Shown one piece after another: positions 15,966-31,224 of a stretch of 64,000 bases of DNA. A model generated the notes under the pieces. That model did no database searches. It was not told the DNA's origin and worked only from the letters and a program-made list of their open reading frames with translations. A program made the position numbers and the translations under genes. Positions within the stretch are counted from its first letter, which is position 1; each line of letters begins with the position of its first letter. The DNA comes from Chrysomallon squamiferum (lineage: Eukaryota > Animalia > Mollusca), in assembly GCA_012295275.1 (NCBI GenBank), contig CM022669.1, positions 15,996,001 to 16,060,000 of the forward strand, in the 5' to 3' direction.

Positions 15966-17995
15966 CTTTTGTTGTTGTTTTTTTGAATGAATCTTTTTCT
16001 AATTTAATTTTTAATTTTTTATTATTTTTTTTTTTTAAGTTATTACTAGATAGTAAAACCATCAACCTCATTTGTTTTCTTCTTCTTTTTTTTTTTCTTC
16101 TTTTTTTTTTTGTTCCTGATTTAGACGATACCGCACTTCTATTTCCAGAAATTTAATCACTTTTCTAATTACCTTTTTTTTTTTTTTTTTTCATCCACCT
16201 AACCTCCTGGGTATTGTTATCGCTAGAGATATAATGACAGATCTCATCTTTGGGTCATGATCAGCTATCCATTAATAGGAAGTTACCGCGATGTAAACAC
16301 ACCAGCAAGAGCGATTTCGCATTTCGCTCAACGATTATGTCTGTCGATAAGCTTTAAATTCTGTTGTCGTTATCAGTTTAAATTCGAGTTTAATGATGTG
16401 TGTAATAGTTATTAATTAAAAGTGCACTAAATGAATGAGATTTCTCTACATTCGACAGATCTTTATGTAAAACTTAGGATGTCTCTGTGTTTTGAGGTGG
16501 AGATCAAATAACGAAGATGTTGATCAACGGATGAGAATGTACATACGATTATATTTTGTGTTAAAGAGAGGTGGAGGTTAATTTGGAAAGAGCGAAGAGA
16601 TATCTTCCATCCAGTATAGTTAATTAATACTCAGTTTAAAGAAAAGATAATGTTCTTGCCTCTGTTTGAAAAAAATAAAAATAGCCCAGAGCGTGCGAGC
16701 TGTGAATTTTACCTCCTCTGAATCTATCATCTTTATCTACGTACAACCTTAAGACTGTTCAATCTTATATCAAAAATCTTTTCCCTGCATTCCTAAATAA
16801 AATATTTCGTCTTTTTTTTTTCCTTTACTGATTCCCCGGTACTTGAATATATAACAAGAGCATAAATAGTAAAAATTTTAATGGATTCCGATTAATTGCT
16901 GCTCTGTAATAGAAACGCGAATGTACGAATGTTTGTTCTGTTAATACATCTACGCACGGGAAAGTACGTTAATCTCAGAAACACAATAGACCGTAAAAAT
17001 AAAACTCGAAACCACGTCATAAACGTTTATTAATTAAGGCTTCGTTTGGATAAAGTCTCGGATTTATGATCCTATGTCAAATTTAATGATGACAAACATG
17101 ACTAAACTGATGCAATAAAAAGTTAACAACTCCACATGGCATGCTTCGCATTTATGTTTATATCATCGTGTTCTGCCAAGCATTAAACTGTATGCGACCA
17201 TAATGTGCTCAACACCGAAGCTGATGTTATATAATTTTACAAGATAAAAGTCATTAAATCTGAATTTCAGTTAGAATTATTTTCGTTTTCTTTTCCTATT
17301 TTGATTGTGTTAGATATCGTCACAATAAAAGCAATTTTCCCTTCTGTGATTGCAACGAAATCTATTGCTCTCATCAGTAATGAATCTCAGCGTAATGACC
17401 GCAGGTCGGCAGCAATTAGAAAAGGTTTTGGCTCTGAGGTCCAAGTAACGATCAAAGGCCGTTTCTTCATCTCAATTTTAATTAAATTATGTCTCTTGTT
17501 TCACACAGACAAGATATTAAATATCCTTGCTTAAGGTTAACATGCTGAATATAATTCTACAAATTAGAGAAGAAAAGAAATATATATATATATATATATT
17601 TTATAACGGGGGTGATAAAAAGTGTTAAATTTTAAGCACACTGCAAAATATTTACTTGGAGACTCCGTAAGAACTGACACAGTCGTGTACTGGGATGCAG
17701 CCCATATGATCACTTTATAGCGTATATGCCATCTAACACAGTACCCTAGTTTAGCCGAGTAACGAATTATTAATAGATGGAGATCAGTTATTGTAATAGT
17801 AATATGTAATTTGTACAGAGATGATCACCCGAATCTGTGAGTATTTCCCGTACTACCGAGTACTCCAAGACTAACCAAATGGTTGATTAAATGAGTGTGT
17901 ATGATAGTTTATATAAAAGATCGTTTGTTGTTATTCATGGGAAAAGCCAATGGAATGTAGGAACAGATGTTATCTCTCATGTCGTTGTAGATACC

Positions 17996-18073
<78 letters not shown>

Positions 18074-18469
18074 TAAAAGTTAATTAATATAAAAAGAAAA
18101 AGAAAAATCAGTTGAAAACTGTTTAAAATAAATTTAAACAAACATTAATAATAAATAACGTGGACACAAGTGAAATGTATTCACATTTGAAGCATGCACG
18201 CCAAACGTACGATTTACAGATTTTGAATCTACTTATTTTCTGCTGATACTAATGTTTTTTTTGTGTCATATGTGAGCTTCTTAACTTGAAACTAACACTG
18301 ACTGAAAAGATCAAAGTCAGTAGATATATTCTAATACATTTGCAGATGTCAGAATATTTTTCAGTTTATGTGGCTTAAACTGTCAAATTAAAATTCTGAG
18401 GATTCACTTCAAATACTAAAAGAAATTTGTTTTCCGACTTCTTTTTTTTTTTTCGTTTTCATATATACC

Positions 18470-18543
<74 letters not shown>

Positions 18544-20564
18544 AATACATATATAGACATCTACAAACAAAGAAACGAACATAAAAACAAAATGAGAGAA
18601 AGCTGTTTCAAAATTTTCAGATATTAATTTGTAATAATAATAATAATAAATAATGATAATGTCGATGATGATGATGATGATGATGATGATGACGATGATT
18701 AAAACGTTATTAAATAACAGTTTAGACGGAGATGCGAACAGTTCCCAGTTAGTCACAGAAGAATATTTCCTCATTATCAGCAGCAACGAGAAATAATCTT
18801 AACTGCATAATGAGCATGTGAAATGAAACACAAAGAAAATATTGTTAAGAAATATGCTAACGTTACAGAAAAAAAAAAAAAAAAAAATTATCAAGTTGTT
18901 GGTCATTTCAGAAGGAATGTTATCAAATTAACTACTTGTTTAACAGAAAATTACAGGAGTAGAGAACTGTTTAAATCTAGATGTTTGAATTGCATCTTGT
19001 TTTTTGTTTTTCTTGTTGTTTTTTTTCTCTTTTTTTCTGTTAGCCTCTCAGAATTCGGTTTCTGCGTGTGGTGTGGTGTCTTGCATAGCTATTACGAAAA
19101 GGCGTTTCTTCCTATTGTTATTTATGTCATTGATTTTTCTATTGTCAGTTAGTTTTGATTTGTTTAATTTTTAGTGTCGTTTTGTGGTCGTTATAGCTTT
19201 TATTATTACTGTTCACGGTTTTTGTTTTGTGTTGGTATTGTTTTTAATACTGTTTTGGTTTTTGCTTTCTATTATTTTTTTTTTATCTTTACTAGCATTA
19301 TTATTTTCTTCTTTTGGTTTATTTATTTATTTATTTAAATAATGACTTAAAACTACTTTTTTGATCTAGTTATAAAGCGTATTTGTCTTCAGTTATGAAA
19401 CTATCATTTGTTTCTTATTTTTACAGAAAAAAAAACAAAAACAACAAAAAGTCAAACTACACATTATCAGAATGAGATCAGTTTTGAAAATTGTCAAATT
19501 ACATCTGAGTTACAGCTGACTTTACAAGAGATGAATTTCAAAAGCAAAATATTAGTACAAATCAAATTATCGAAAACGGGACGGAAAACTCAGTCGTCTA
19601 TTTCCATAATCCAGACTTAAAACAAAGCATATTTTTGCGTTTCGAAGAATGATCGACCCTGTTTCTTTCGGGCGACGCCAGACATCTCATATCGCACTCT
19701 GAGCAGGCAAGAAGCCAAACAATTCCTCCTAGGGATTATAGCACCATTTAGAGATGGTTCGTTAGAAACAGTCGAACGACAGAATAAAACAATGGTTTAC
19801 TTTAACCAGACAGGCCGTGTGTCATGGTTTAAAGTCGAACACAAATACCAAGATTCGACATCTGCGTAAATTAATAAAAACAACGGCTGCTGTTATGCTG
19901 AAATTAGTTGCCCATGGAATTAGAACTAATAATTTCAAACTGCTTGACATTTTGAATGTGAACTAACAGACTTTGAACCCAGTTGAATTCAAACTAACTG
20001 TAATTTTAACTTGAACTTGTATATTCTGAACCATTCACTTTCGAACTGCTTGTTGTTTTGAAAGTGGATTTAAAGATTCTGATGTGAAGAGTCATGGTTG
20101 TTACGTCCAAATCACTTGTTATTTTTGAATGAACGTAAAAATTTAATTTAAGACAGAATGGCGCTATGTTAAAATTATTATATATATATCTTTTTTTTTT
20201 TCACTTTTATTTTTATGTCGATTCACATTTCTTTCTTTTCAGTTTATGACTGGCTATACTATTAACTAGTGTACGTAGCCATGAATGTAAGGCAACATTC
20301 GACCTGAATCTTTAGCTGCAATCGCTATACATTTAACGTACACCTTTTTAATTAAAACCACTTGATAGCATAGATAAAAAGCCAGTTACAAAGTGCAAAG
20401 TTTTAATTTGATATCAAAACGGTATGTTATCGCTGAGCTTAATTTGGTTCTTGCAAAGATTACAGAGGTAAAAAAAAAAAGAAAAAAAAAAAAGGAAAAG
20501 ATCTTCCCTAAAATTATACAAAAAAAAAAAAAAAAATAACAATAATAATAAATAAATAAATAAA

Positions 20565-20595
<31 letters not shown>

Positions 20596-21114
20596 AAAAA
20601 AATAAAACGTACTTCCAAAGATTCATCTCATGGGATACAATATTAAAAATATACATATTTTGTTTTTACTTTAAAGATATATGCACCGTGGCACCTAATA
20701 CATACAAATATACAATATTACTTCTTATTATCCAACCTGTTATATTTAGGCAAACAACAAGAAAGCCAGAAATATCCAGAAAGGACATTAATTTCATGTC
20801 TGGCCAAATAATAATTTGTCCAATACAATTTTTTAAATCAAAAGGTTCAATCAAGTTAATAGTTAAATGATAAAAGAAGCAACCTTTTAATTTAAAGTAT
20901 ATAGCCAGTTACAGTATTATAGCATTTGTTAGAGAAAAATTAACTGCTATATTCTTCGTATATGCTTGTTTGCGTGTTGGTTTCAACGGAATTCGATACT
21001 CATAAAACTTACTTCCTTATCTTCGTTTTTAAAAAAAAAATTTGAATAAAACCTGATTTGTTTTAAGAAGTGAAGGTTACGTACAACATTTAAAACTATC
21101 TGAAGCAACAGAAA

Positions 21115-21480
21115 TAGTGTTAATGGTAGTAATATGAGTAATACAATTAGTGGTAGTAACAGTTGTTGTTGCAGAGGTGTTTCTAATGTTAGTTGTTGCT
21201 GTTGAGGTTATTCTAGTAATTGTAGTTGTAGTAATTAAAAGATAACTATGATAATAAGTACTTAGAAGTAATAATGGTAGTGGCAGAAGCTGTAGTAGTA
21301 ATAGTAGTAGTAGTAGTAGCAGTAGAAGTCGTATCAGTAATGGTGGTAATAGTGGTAGTAGCAGTAGTGATAGTTATACTAGTAACTAATAGCAGTAATA
21401 ACAGAAGTAGAAGTAGGTGTAGTAGCAATAACAGTAGTAGTAATAATAGTAATAGAAGTAGTAGTAGTAGTAGTAGTAGG
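21115..21480. repeat. Degenerate (AGT)n low-complexity tract
   Basis: Seen directly. Similar tracts at about 25510-25650, 31130-31480, 51248-51400 and 53940-54280. Confidence 0.85.
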
Positions 21481-21717
21481 TGTTATTAAATGACGTCTTT
21501 TTTAAATGTAATTGTTATGATAATAGTAGAAAATAATCAACTTTTAACATAATTACTTCTTTCACTCAAGCAACAATGAGAATTGATTTCAAGTAAATAA
21601 CAGACACGATTTCGTCTGAAGGAAGGACATAATCATCTACAGAGATATCTCAGTTATTAAGTGTAGTAACAACTGCACGCAAGTGCCAGTATTCGTCATG
21701 TAGACGTAACAACTTAC

Positions 21718-22151
21718 CTCTCTATGCAGAGACACACGAGTGACAGAACTGACGTGTAGAGGGACACTACTAATACAAACCGGTTCATCTTGCACAAGAA
21801 CGGCTCCAGAATCCAGCCACGGTTTAATACGAACTGTACAATCTCTGGAACGCCAAAGGCCATGATGAGAAGATCCGCAATAGCCAAGTTCATAATGAAG
21901 AGGTTTGTCACCGACTGGCGCATTTTGACGTCTAGAAGTACGACAAAAACCACCAAACCATTGCCAATGACGCCGACAGTCACGATGAGACAAAAGGCTA
22001 CAGAGAGGGCGGCAATGGTGGCATCATTGGCCGTTGGCGGTTCCATCATCATTGGATCTTTGTCGTTTTGTTGCAGGACGTCCGACCCATGTGAGCTGAT
22101 GGTGGAATTTACGAACGTAGAAAATCTACTAAAGTTTTCAGACTTGTTCAT
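21718..22151 (-). CDS. GPCR first coding exon A: N-terminus and TM1-TM3
   Basis: ATG at 22151-22149 (MNKSENFS...). N-glycosylation sequons NKS, NFS, NST; TM1 GN; TM2 NLAIAD; ECL1 GW; TM3 Cys; ends CIE-R. Donor AG|GTAAGT (GT at 21717-21716), phase 2, joins in frame to 868 to give ERF and a 390-aa 7TM protein across a 20.8-kb intron. A downstream MMM is an alternative start. Confidence 0.93.
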
Positions 22152-22192
22152 CCTAATGAACAAAATCTTGTTATGTTTTTAATCCAAAGTAA

Positions 22193-22223
<31 letters not shown>

Positions 22224-22589
22224 TATTTATATAGATAAACTAATATAGATCATATTCCAGCACTGTAGTTCATATCCGACGTTCCATAGAAACAATATTA
22301 AGCTAGATTTTCATAATTTAAAACAAACAAACAAACAAAACAAAAGTGTCGCACATGTCAAGGATATCTGATTCATCACATCCAATAGATGCTTTCAAAC
22401 AGCTCAGTGAATAAAATCGGACACAGTGTAATAAAAGCAGGAACGGTGTACAAAATCAGACATGTCACTTTGAAAATCAGATCAACGCACGTCACATTAC
22501 GAGAAGAACCAATGACAGCGTCAGTTTCGCCTTGAATATTAATCACGTTTATCTCTGACTGACACAGTGTGTTGACTATGACCACTGTT

Positions 22590-22960
22590 AATAACTGGTA
22601 TGTCCGGATGAAGCGAGGAATGACCGGCGAAGTACAACACCTGCAGCAGCTCGGACCATTAGCGAACTGTGCTGAATGTTTCTCAGGTAGTTTGGCAAAT
22701 TATTATATATATATGTAACGCGCATCGTCAATCGATTTGAGCCGATCGTTGCCGGCTATGGGCGAATAGTTAACAAATGATGCTGTTCTCTTCTCGGCGC
22801 TAAGACAAAATCTACCGAGAAGAGGACTCGATGTCGCTGCCTGCTGTTCGTTTAAATACGACTCGAGGAGCATTAACCGCTTTTTTTTTTTCCGTGCACG
22901 AAATCTGTCGCCAACGTATTGATACGACCAAGCTGTTATAAAAACTTCAAAAGCTTTAGA
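22590..22960 (-). promoter_or_regulatory. Putative promoter/5' end region for exon A
   Basis: Local CpG- and GC-enriched patch 0.45-0.8 kb upstream of the ATG. On the minus strand a TATATATAA tract (about 22714-22701) lies about 25-35 nt before Inr-like CATTCAGCACAGTT. Confidence 0.35.
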
Positions 22961-23032
22961 AGAAATTTATTGTGCGACTGGTTATATACAGCTAATACTT
23001 AATACTTACATGTAGTTAAGTGTTTGTATAGC

Positions 23033-23068
<36 letters not shown>

Positions 23069-25334
23069 TAGACAATTAGTTTGTTAAAACATGTTTTTCT
23101 TTAATATTAAATTACTTATTTTCGAATGCTGCAAATCATGAAATGAAATACATTGTCGTTTATTTCCCCGTAAATTTTAGAAAAATGTCTAAAAATATTT
23201 ATTACCATTATCGTTTTATAAAGTTGGAAAAATGTCATTAAAAAATATTTGTAAATAAGCTTATTTTTATTACTCGATTCTCTCTGCCACTGAATACACT
23301 TTTTGCTGGACAGCAGCATATGTTTCGCACATTCTTAATTGTGAACAGACACTAGTTTCTTTCCTTTTCATTCTTTATATTTTAATTTTTAATATTTTTT
23401 TTTCTTTTCTTTTTTAATTCTTTGCGGATGCATGCAAATAGAATTCACAAATGAACTTTCCAAATCTGGAACGATCAAATAAGAAAAAAAAAATTAAAGA
23501 TCTATGAAAACGTTTAAAAAACATTATTTATGGCAGTCACTGAGTCAGAAAATGTCTAATCTCTAAACTCCATTTGCAGCCTGTGCCCTGCGTGTGTTTC
23601 AGTGTGTAGACGAAGCTGCATTCTTGCTGTTAATCGGTGAGATTATTTTATGAAGTCGCGTACGTATGTATATCTGTATGTATATATTACATACACACAC
23701 ACGCACACGCACTCGGACTAACCGTTTACAGTGGAAAAGACATAAAGCTATACTTTCACTAAAACCAGAATTACTCCCAAACCGAACGATTTCCGGACAC
23801 CATTTGGTTTTTGAGAAATTTCACTGTATATATTAATATCTACTGATGTCTGGTTAAATAAATACTCTACTAGTCCATTCGTTCATTTCAATCCTCAGAA
23901 TGGGAAAGATGTAAATAAAGATTATTTTTTCTGTCTGTCTACACGTTATCTTTGATCAAACACTGGTTTCGATTTGATTGAAGCATGTTGCTCTATGTCA
24001 GGTAAGTGGGTAGACGAACTTTTACATGTAAATGTTTACACTACAAAACAAAACTACATTAAAAACGTTGTTTTAGTAATAAATAAACATCTTTATTATT
24101 TTTTTACCTTTTGCCAGTTTTCAAACGTCCAAGTGCAGTTGCTTGAGCTTCAAGAAATAGATTTTCTTTCGCTTACATTATATTTTTTCTTTTCTTTTTT
24201 ATCGATCGACAGCATAGCTGTACAGAAGTGAATCTTCACAACGAGTTACAGTTTTTTTAAAAATGGCTTTATTCGATAAAACTAGCCGAAACGATACGGT
24301 CGAACAAGAGCGAGCGGTACCGGAAACAGGAAAACATATCACTACTTTCCTAACAACAGTCCTTGTTTCTCGATGAACCATTATGGCGGTAGAAAACAGA
24401 ATTCACCTCTGAACTATATTGAAATGATATGTAGCGGTACACTTCAAAAAATGTTGTTTATAGTTATAAATTTATTGTTAGCAGCGTATAATGTCATGTG
24501 ACATTACAAAGTGTGAGAATAAAATAACAAAGTTAGAAAACATTAAAATGCTGCCATTTAAAACCTTTACAGTTAAAATCTCGAGGGCATCGTATACACG
24601 GCATGCTGACAATTCTTTGTTGTTGTTATTTTTTTTGATAACATTAAATGAAACTTTACAGTTAATGGATTTCGTCTCATATGCCAAGCCGTTACGATTA
24701 CACAAAAATGGCGATATCCAGATATTTCTAGATTGCGCTCTTCTTGTTCGAAGCCGTTGAATGTCAAAGATAGAAAAAAAGAAAAAAAAAAGAAAAGAAA
24801 TGAAGACAGAATAATAATAACAATAATGCTGCTGTTGCTGCTGATGATGATTATAATACAATAATAATAATAAGAAGAAGAAGAAGAAGTTGACGACGAC
24901 GAAGAAGAATATGTGAAAGAAAACTGTAACATTACTCCAAACGCTACATTCAGTGGTTAACAGAAAAGGATCTTTTGTATGTACCGTTCCAAAGATTACG
25001 AGATCTACAAACAACAACGTAGATAATACATAATACAACATAGATAACACATGGAACTTGGAGATGCATACACAGAGGCTGATTACTACAAAAAAAGTAC
25101 GTACAGACAGATAACAAGTATGATGAATAAAACACGCACGGAGAACTATAACTAGAGTAATCGTTCACTTTAACTTGCTATACCATGGAGAAAGCTGTGA
25201 AAATTTATTTTTCTGCGTCAGTTTTATCTCTCTTTCTCTTTTATGTGCGATGAAATGTATATATATTATAGGACTTTTTTTTTTTTTTTGATTCTCTGTT
25301 GTTGTTTGTTTATATGCTTCAGCTTAGTTTTATT

Positions 25335-25381
<47 letters not shown>

Positions 25382-25394
25382 TTTGTTTGTTAAT

Positions 25395-25437
<43 letters not shown>

Positions 25438-26399
25438 TTCGTAAAATTAGAATCCTTCCAAAACTGATTCTATTAGTTTTAGTATCAGCAATAATAGTAA
25501 CCTTGAAATAGTAGTAGCAGTAGTAGTAACACTAGTAGCAATAGTAATAGTAATAGCAGTAATAATAGTGATATTGGTAGTAAGAGTTGTAATAATAATA
25601 TTAGTAACAGTAGTAGCGACAATAGCAGTAGTGATAGGTATAGTTATTGTTACTTTTGTTGAAGCAACATAAAAGAAGGCTAGGGTAATGAAAAAATAAA
25701 CGTTTTCAATGGGATATAACATATGTGCGTATGTGTTGTATGAATGTGTTAGGTGCTTTTTTGTCTGGTTTGAGCGTGTTTATATGTGTTTTCCGTATTT
25801 GAACAAATGTATTATAAAGTATCTAAGTACAAAAATAATGTATTTATTTTATTTATTTTGATGTCTTTGTTCATTTATTTAAATAACCTGCTCGTTCTTT
25901 GTTTCATTCACCCATTTATTCATTACTATATTATTGAAACCAGCCCATCGATCAACAAACCTCACTTTCGACAAAGCTTGATCAATATGCATGCAGTGAT
26001 TCAAGGACTGTTTACAACGTAAGAGTAAATGATGATTTCTTTAATGGTATTTTATGATGGGTTAATAGGAACTTCTGTTATCTGTAAGGAGATACGTTAT
26101 CAGCCAATCTCTCAGTGGTTTCTTGAGCACCAAGCTGTATTGGCAAACAGAGACGTTATAAACGTAGCTGAGGAAAAATTATAGCTGTTGTAATGTTAAC
26201 TTTTTCAAACAATTATTATCATAATAAAATAAAGTACTGCATATTTTGTAGTTATAGATATTTCAAATGAAATATTACTGTTCAACAACGACAACAACAA
26301 TTTGTACTTCGACTACGACTACCACTGTTGTTACTATTACAACTATTGCTGCTATGACGTGCATGTATGTATGTATATATGTATGTATTTTAGGATTTG

Positions 26400-26582
26400 A
26401 ATATTTTCTGTCTTGCGTACGTCTCTATTAGTCTCTGCACTTAGGCAATTTTCGGGAACGCGCTGGCTTAGAAAAACAAAGTCCAATCACGACTTAACAA
26501 TACTCGTCAGATGCCGCTGAAGAGACTCGAACTTATGGCATGCTTTCGCCCGCACTCCGAATTCGACCATACAGACAATCCT
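26400..26582 (-). mobile_element. Possible tRNA-derived SINE remnant
   Basis: Minus strand has TGTATGGTCG (A-box-like) followed about 30 nt later by GTTCGAGTCTC (B-box-like), with no cloverleaf. It is flanked by TATG microsatellite. Confidence 0.3.
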
Positions 26583-28428
26583 ATGTATGTATGTATGTGT
26601 GCGTGTGTATGGATATTTATGCATGCATGTATGTATGTATGTATATATGTAAGTATGTATGCATTTATGTATGTATGTATGTATGTATGTATGTATGTAT
26701 GTATGTATGTATGTATGTATGTATGTATGTATGTATGTATGTATATGTGTATGTATGTATAAATATATATATATATATGCATGCCTACATATGTACATAT
26801 GAAATTCCTACTCTAAAGAATCAATTAATTTTTTTAATTTTTCTATTTTTTTGTATTTTCTTCAAATCACTATTTATTTTAACGAAACCCTAAATGCAAC
26901 TGAACAGAAATGACGAAGTGGTTGATTGTTACTGTAAGAATATACGGACCACAGTACTATTCTAAGAGGCAGGTTTTGGCCTTCGAATGACCCTGTGAGA
27001 ATAAATACAGATGTGCTATATGCGATAAGTAGATACTGAAAGGAAATAACTGATTTCTGTTGTGCTTATAAACGTTTGGGGTTAGAATCTCCGCATGCAG
27101 GAAGGCAGGAGACTGTCTTAGGGAGTTAAATGACGGATGATCTTTTAAGCCTAATGGATATGAAGGTAGTGGATCGAACACAACGGAAAGGAAGAATAGA
27201 AGAAGCTTTAAGTGCGTGTATATGTGTTGTTCGTTTCGTTGTGTATGCGTGTTAATATAAAGTGTGTGTTTGTGTGCGACAGTTTGTATATATGTATCAT
27301 TGTATCATTGTGATGTATTTGACTGCGTGTATTTGTATAAAGGTTATTGTGTCTTTGATTGTTGGTCCGTGTTTAGTTATAGGTTTGTGCATTTGTACAC
27401 GTTGAAAGTTGATTGGTATCTATATATCTGTTAGTCAGTGTAAATCTGTGTTAGTGTGTATATGTATGTATCTACAGACGCGTGCGAAAGTGTGGGTGTA
27501 CGAGTCAGTGCATCTGTATAGGTGTGTGTGTAAGTGTGTACTTCTACGCATGCATGTATAATTAGAGGATCCTGTATAATCATAGCTGCTAACTAATAAT
27601 TCACAACATTTGAACACATCTCGAATATATTATCCCCTTATTTCTTCGACCATTCATTTTATTTATTTTTCATTTATACAATGTTTATGTAGTTATCAAG
27701 AAGATACTGATGAGTTTAAAATCAGAAACTGAATTCAAAATTAAGGAAAAAAGTTTAAATAATAACTTTATTAAAAAAATAAATAAATAAATAAATTAAT
27801 AAATAAATAAATAAATAAAAATAAAAATGAAAAAAACAGAAGAAAGTTTTTCGGTTTCTAAAACGTTGGCAAGTCTCCAGTCACTTGATGTGTTACTCCT
27901 AATTTATAGTGATTGCGGATATTTGGATTTCCCCAGACATACAGACGTTTAGAGAGAAGAAGAAGAAGAAAAAAAGAAGGGTTTTGTAGGTTGAAAATTA
28001 GCTACTATCACGAAATTTGTTCAGTGACTTTGCGTCTTGTGATACAGAAAACGTTATCAGTTTCTTTAAGTTTCTATTTTTCAAACACGAACAGCGAGTA
28101 ATATTTTACATATATTTAGTCACTAGAGATACTGTGCTAACAAAAAATCGAAAGTTCAGAACTGTCGTAAAATACAGCCCTGAGCAATATCTCGTAATTC
28201 AAATTAATTTCTGACAGAAGCGTATGTTTGGATTATTTTGTCTTACAAAATAAAGTTCGTTGCCCTTATAATGTTTCTATTTTGTTTCTTTTTATTTTTT
28301 GTTTCTTTTTTTTATTTTGTATTTTATTATTAATTATTTATTATTTTTTTTATTTTATTATTATTATTATTATGTGGGGTTTTTTTTATTGTTTTTTTAT
28401 TATTATTATTTTTTTTTTTTTTTATTTT

Positions 28429-28466
<38 letters not shown>

Positions 28467-29838
28467 GTTGTTGTTTTTTTGTTGTTTTTTTGCCGGGCAT
28501 TTCTAAGCAAATATTTAATTGTTTAACCGTTTTTCTCTTTTTATTTACTTTTTACTTTTTCTTCGTTCATTCTATTATTTTAAAAATATTTTAACTTTTT
28601 TATTACTTATTTTTTGTTAGTTGTTCCTGATTCGTATTTATATGCCTTCGCGTTGTTTTCTTTCATTATTTCCTTCTTTATTACGTTTTACTTTCAAATT
28701 TTAATCTTTCATTATTACTATCCTTTTTTATGCGTTTTTTTTTTTTTTTTTTTTTTTTAGTTTTCTTGATTTCTTTTGGCTAATATTTTAGAAGCATTCC
28801 TGAAAATGTCACAGATAATTTACAAATTATGCGGCTTTTGAGTTCTAACATTTAAATTAACTAACTGTTTCATCTAATGCAGACGACACTGATAAGAACT
28901 AGTGTTCAGGAAGAAACCTGCTTTGAAAACCTCTTGTGACGTCAAATGCCAAAAAGGATTAAAATATGTGTGTCTCCTTTAATGAAAGTATATTCAATTA
29001 AGATTAGGACATTTATCCGAACTATTAATTATCAGCGTTCTGTACACTTTTGAAAATAGAGATAATTTTCGCTGCACATATGTAAGATAATTGAGGACAC
29101 TTATTTCGGTAACAACGGACCTTAAAACCTTGATGTTATGGCTTGTTGGTGGAATGAAACAATGAATAATGTTAGACAAAGGTAAATATGTGAACAAATG
29201 ACGGCAAAAATGTATTTATAAGATAGATGCAGTGAGTCGGCTGCAACACTGAAGGGTTTTGCGGTTGTTTTATTCAAATATACGTCAGTGCAGCTTCTTG
29301 AACTGGTAGAATTAAATATCTGCTAATGGACAAAAATATGCCTTTCAGCGTTTTAATGATCATGTCATTATCTTCGAAACGGAGACATGTTTTAACGTGA
29401 TAAATAGAATACATGAGTTTTTAATTACTTTGAAAGTCGTATTTTGGTTACGCTTACACATTACAGTTCTGTGTTTTAATTTCTTTCATTCATTCTAATT
29501 TTTTTTCTCAAAAAATAACAAAGATAATTTGTAAAAAAAAAAAAAAATAAAAAAAAAAATAAATAAATAACAAGGTAACGTTTTACAGTTTTTGGCCAGT
29601 ACTAAGGAACTTTAATCATTTTTGACTTTCTATTATTTCAGTGACATGTAAAAAAAAAAATACAGAACATGTCTTTATTCAGAGAGGTTCTCAACAACAA
29701 ACACATTCTTTCAAAATGGGAAAATCGGTTCTTTTCATGTAGCAGATGACAAATGTTTAAGAATCTTGACTGAGCCGTGAGCTGCAATTTGGACTCAAAC
29801 GGAAGACTTCCAAAAGGATCGTGTTTGCTCTTCCTGCA

Positions 29839-29873
<35 letters not shown>

Positions 29874-30005
29874 GAAAGAAGAAGAATAAGAGCAAAAAGT
29901 CTTAGGTTCATTTCCCTAAAAATAATAATAATCTTTTTTAGGATTGCTTTAGTTATATTTAGATTGTTAGGTATGAATTCACAATCGAAGCCATATTATC
30001 ATCAT

Positions 30006-30037
<32 letters not shown>

Positions 30038-31150
30038 GCATCGTCATTTTTACTAGCATTTGTTGTTGTAGTAATAATATAATAGTAGTAGCAGCAGTAG
30101 TAGTAGTAATAGCAGTAGTATTGGCATTACCGTGATAAAGTAATTCAGTGCTTCAATAAATGTCAGAATGACTAGTACTTTTACGGTTGTTTGAAAACAT
30201 AAGGAATGACAAAGTAAGGGAAAAGAAATTAAAATAAAATCAACAGGAAAAAAGACAAGTCGAAGATCTTCCGGTTTTTTTGTTGTTGTTGTTGTTGTTT
30301 TTTTGTGGGTATTTTTTGACAGTCGTGTGATTAAAGGGAAGAGTAAACAAAATGAAAGGATTCGGGGAAGGAAGTTTTGTGGATGACAAACAGAAGAAGA
30401 CTATCAACGATATCAGGTAAAAAATCATTCCCTTTTTTTTTTTTTTTTTTTTTGGTATATATTCGTTTTATTATATTCCGCTTGGTTGCTTGTTCTAGTT
30501 TTATTTTCATTGATGGCTTCGCTTCCACATGTCTTTATCTGTATGCATGTACGATTTTTCGATCTATCGGTCAGTCTCTCTGTCAGTATGTCTGTCTCTT
30601 TTTATATCCATCAGTCTAGCTGTTTATATCCACCAGTCAAACTCTTCACAAACACATGTACACATGCATACAGACACACACTCATACACATACAAGTACA
30701 CACGCACGTTGCTGTGGAAGGCACTGTTGTCGCTGCTGCTGTGACTCTCTGTGATGCTGTAGTGAAAATAGTTTTATGCGAATGTACTCCAATCTTCAGC
30801 GACACAATTATTTTAATTTTCTTTCTTTCTTAGTTTCTTTCTTTCTTTGCCTTAGAGACACACGGTTTTTTTTATAAATGTATTCAGATGTATTCAAATG
30901 CCATTTTTCGCTGTTTTGCCAATTTTGTTCTCGTATTACCATCGAAAGAATTTTACTATCCATGACAATTTTCTTTTAATCTCTGCACTAATCTGCACAG
31001 CGAGCAAAGCACTTTGTGACTGATGTATGGACGGATTTTAGTTTAGAGACTTAGGATACATTCATGACACATGATACATTGCTAATTGTGTCCTTAATAG
31101 TGGTAGTAACATACGATATATAGACAATAGTAGCAGTCGTAGCAGAATTG

Positions 31151-31224
<74 letters not shown>

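Noticed and set aside
27090-27210. Possible 3' end of an RTE-type LINE (…DDLLSLMDMKVVDRTQRKGRIEEA)
   Set aside because: Only faint resemblance to the recalled C-terminal motif, with a stop codon; cannot be supported without a search.
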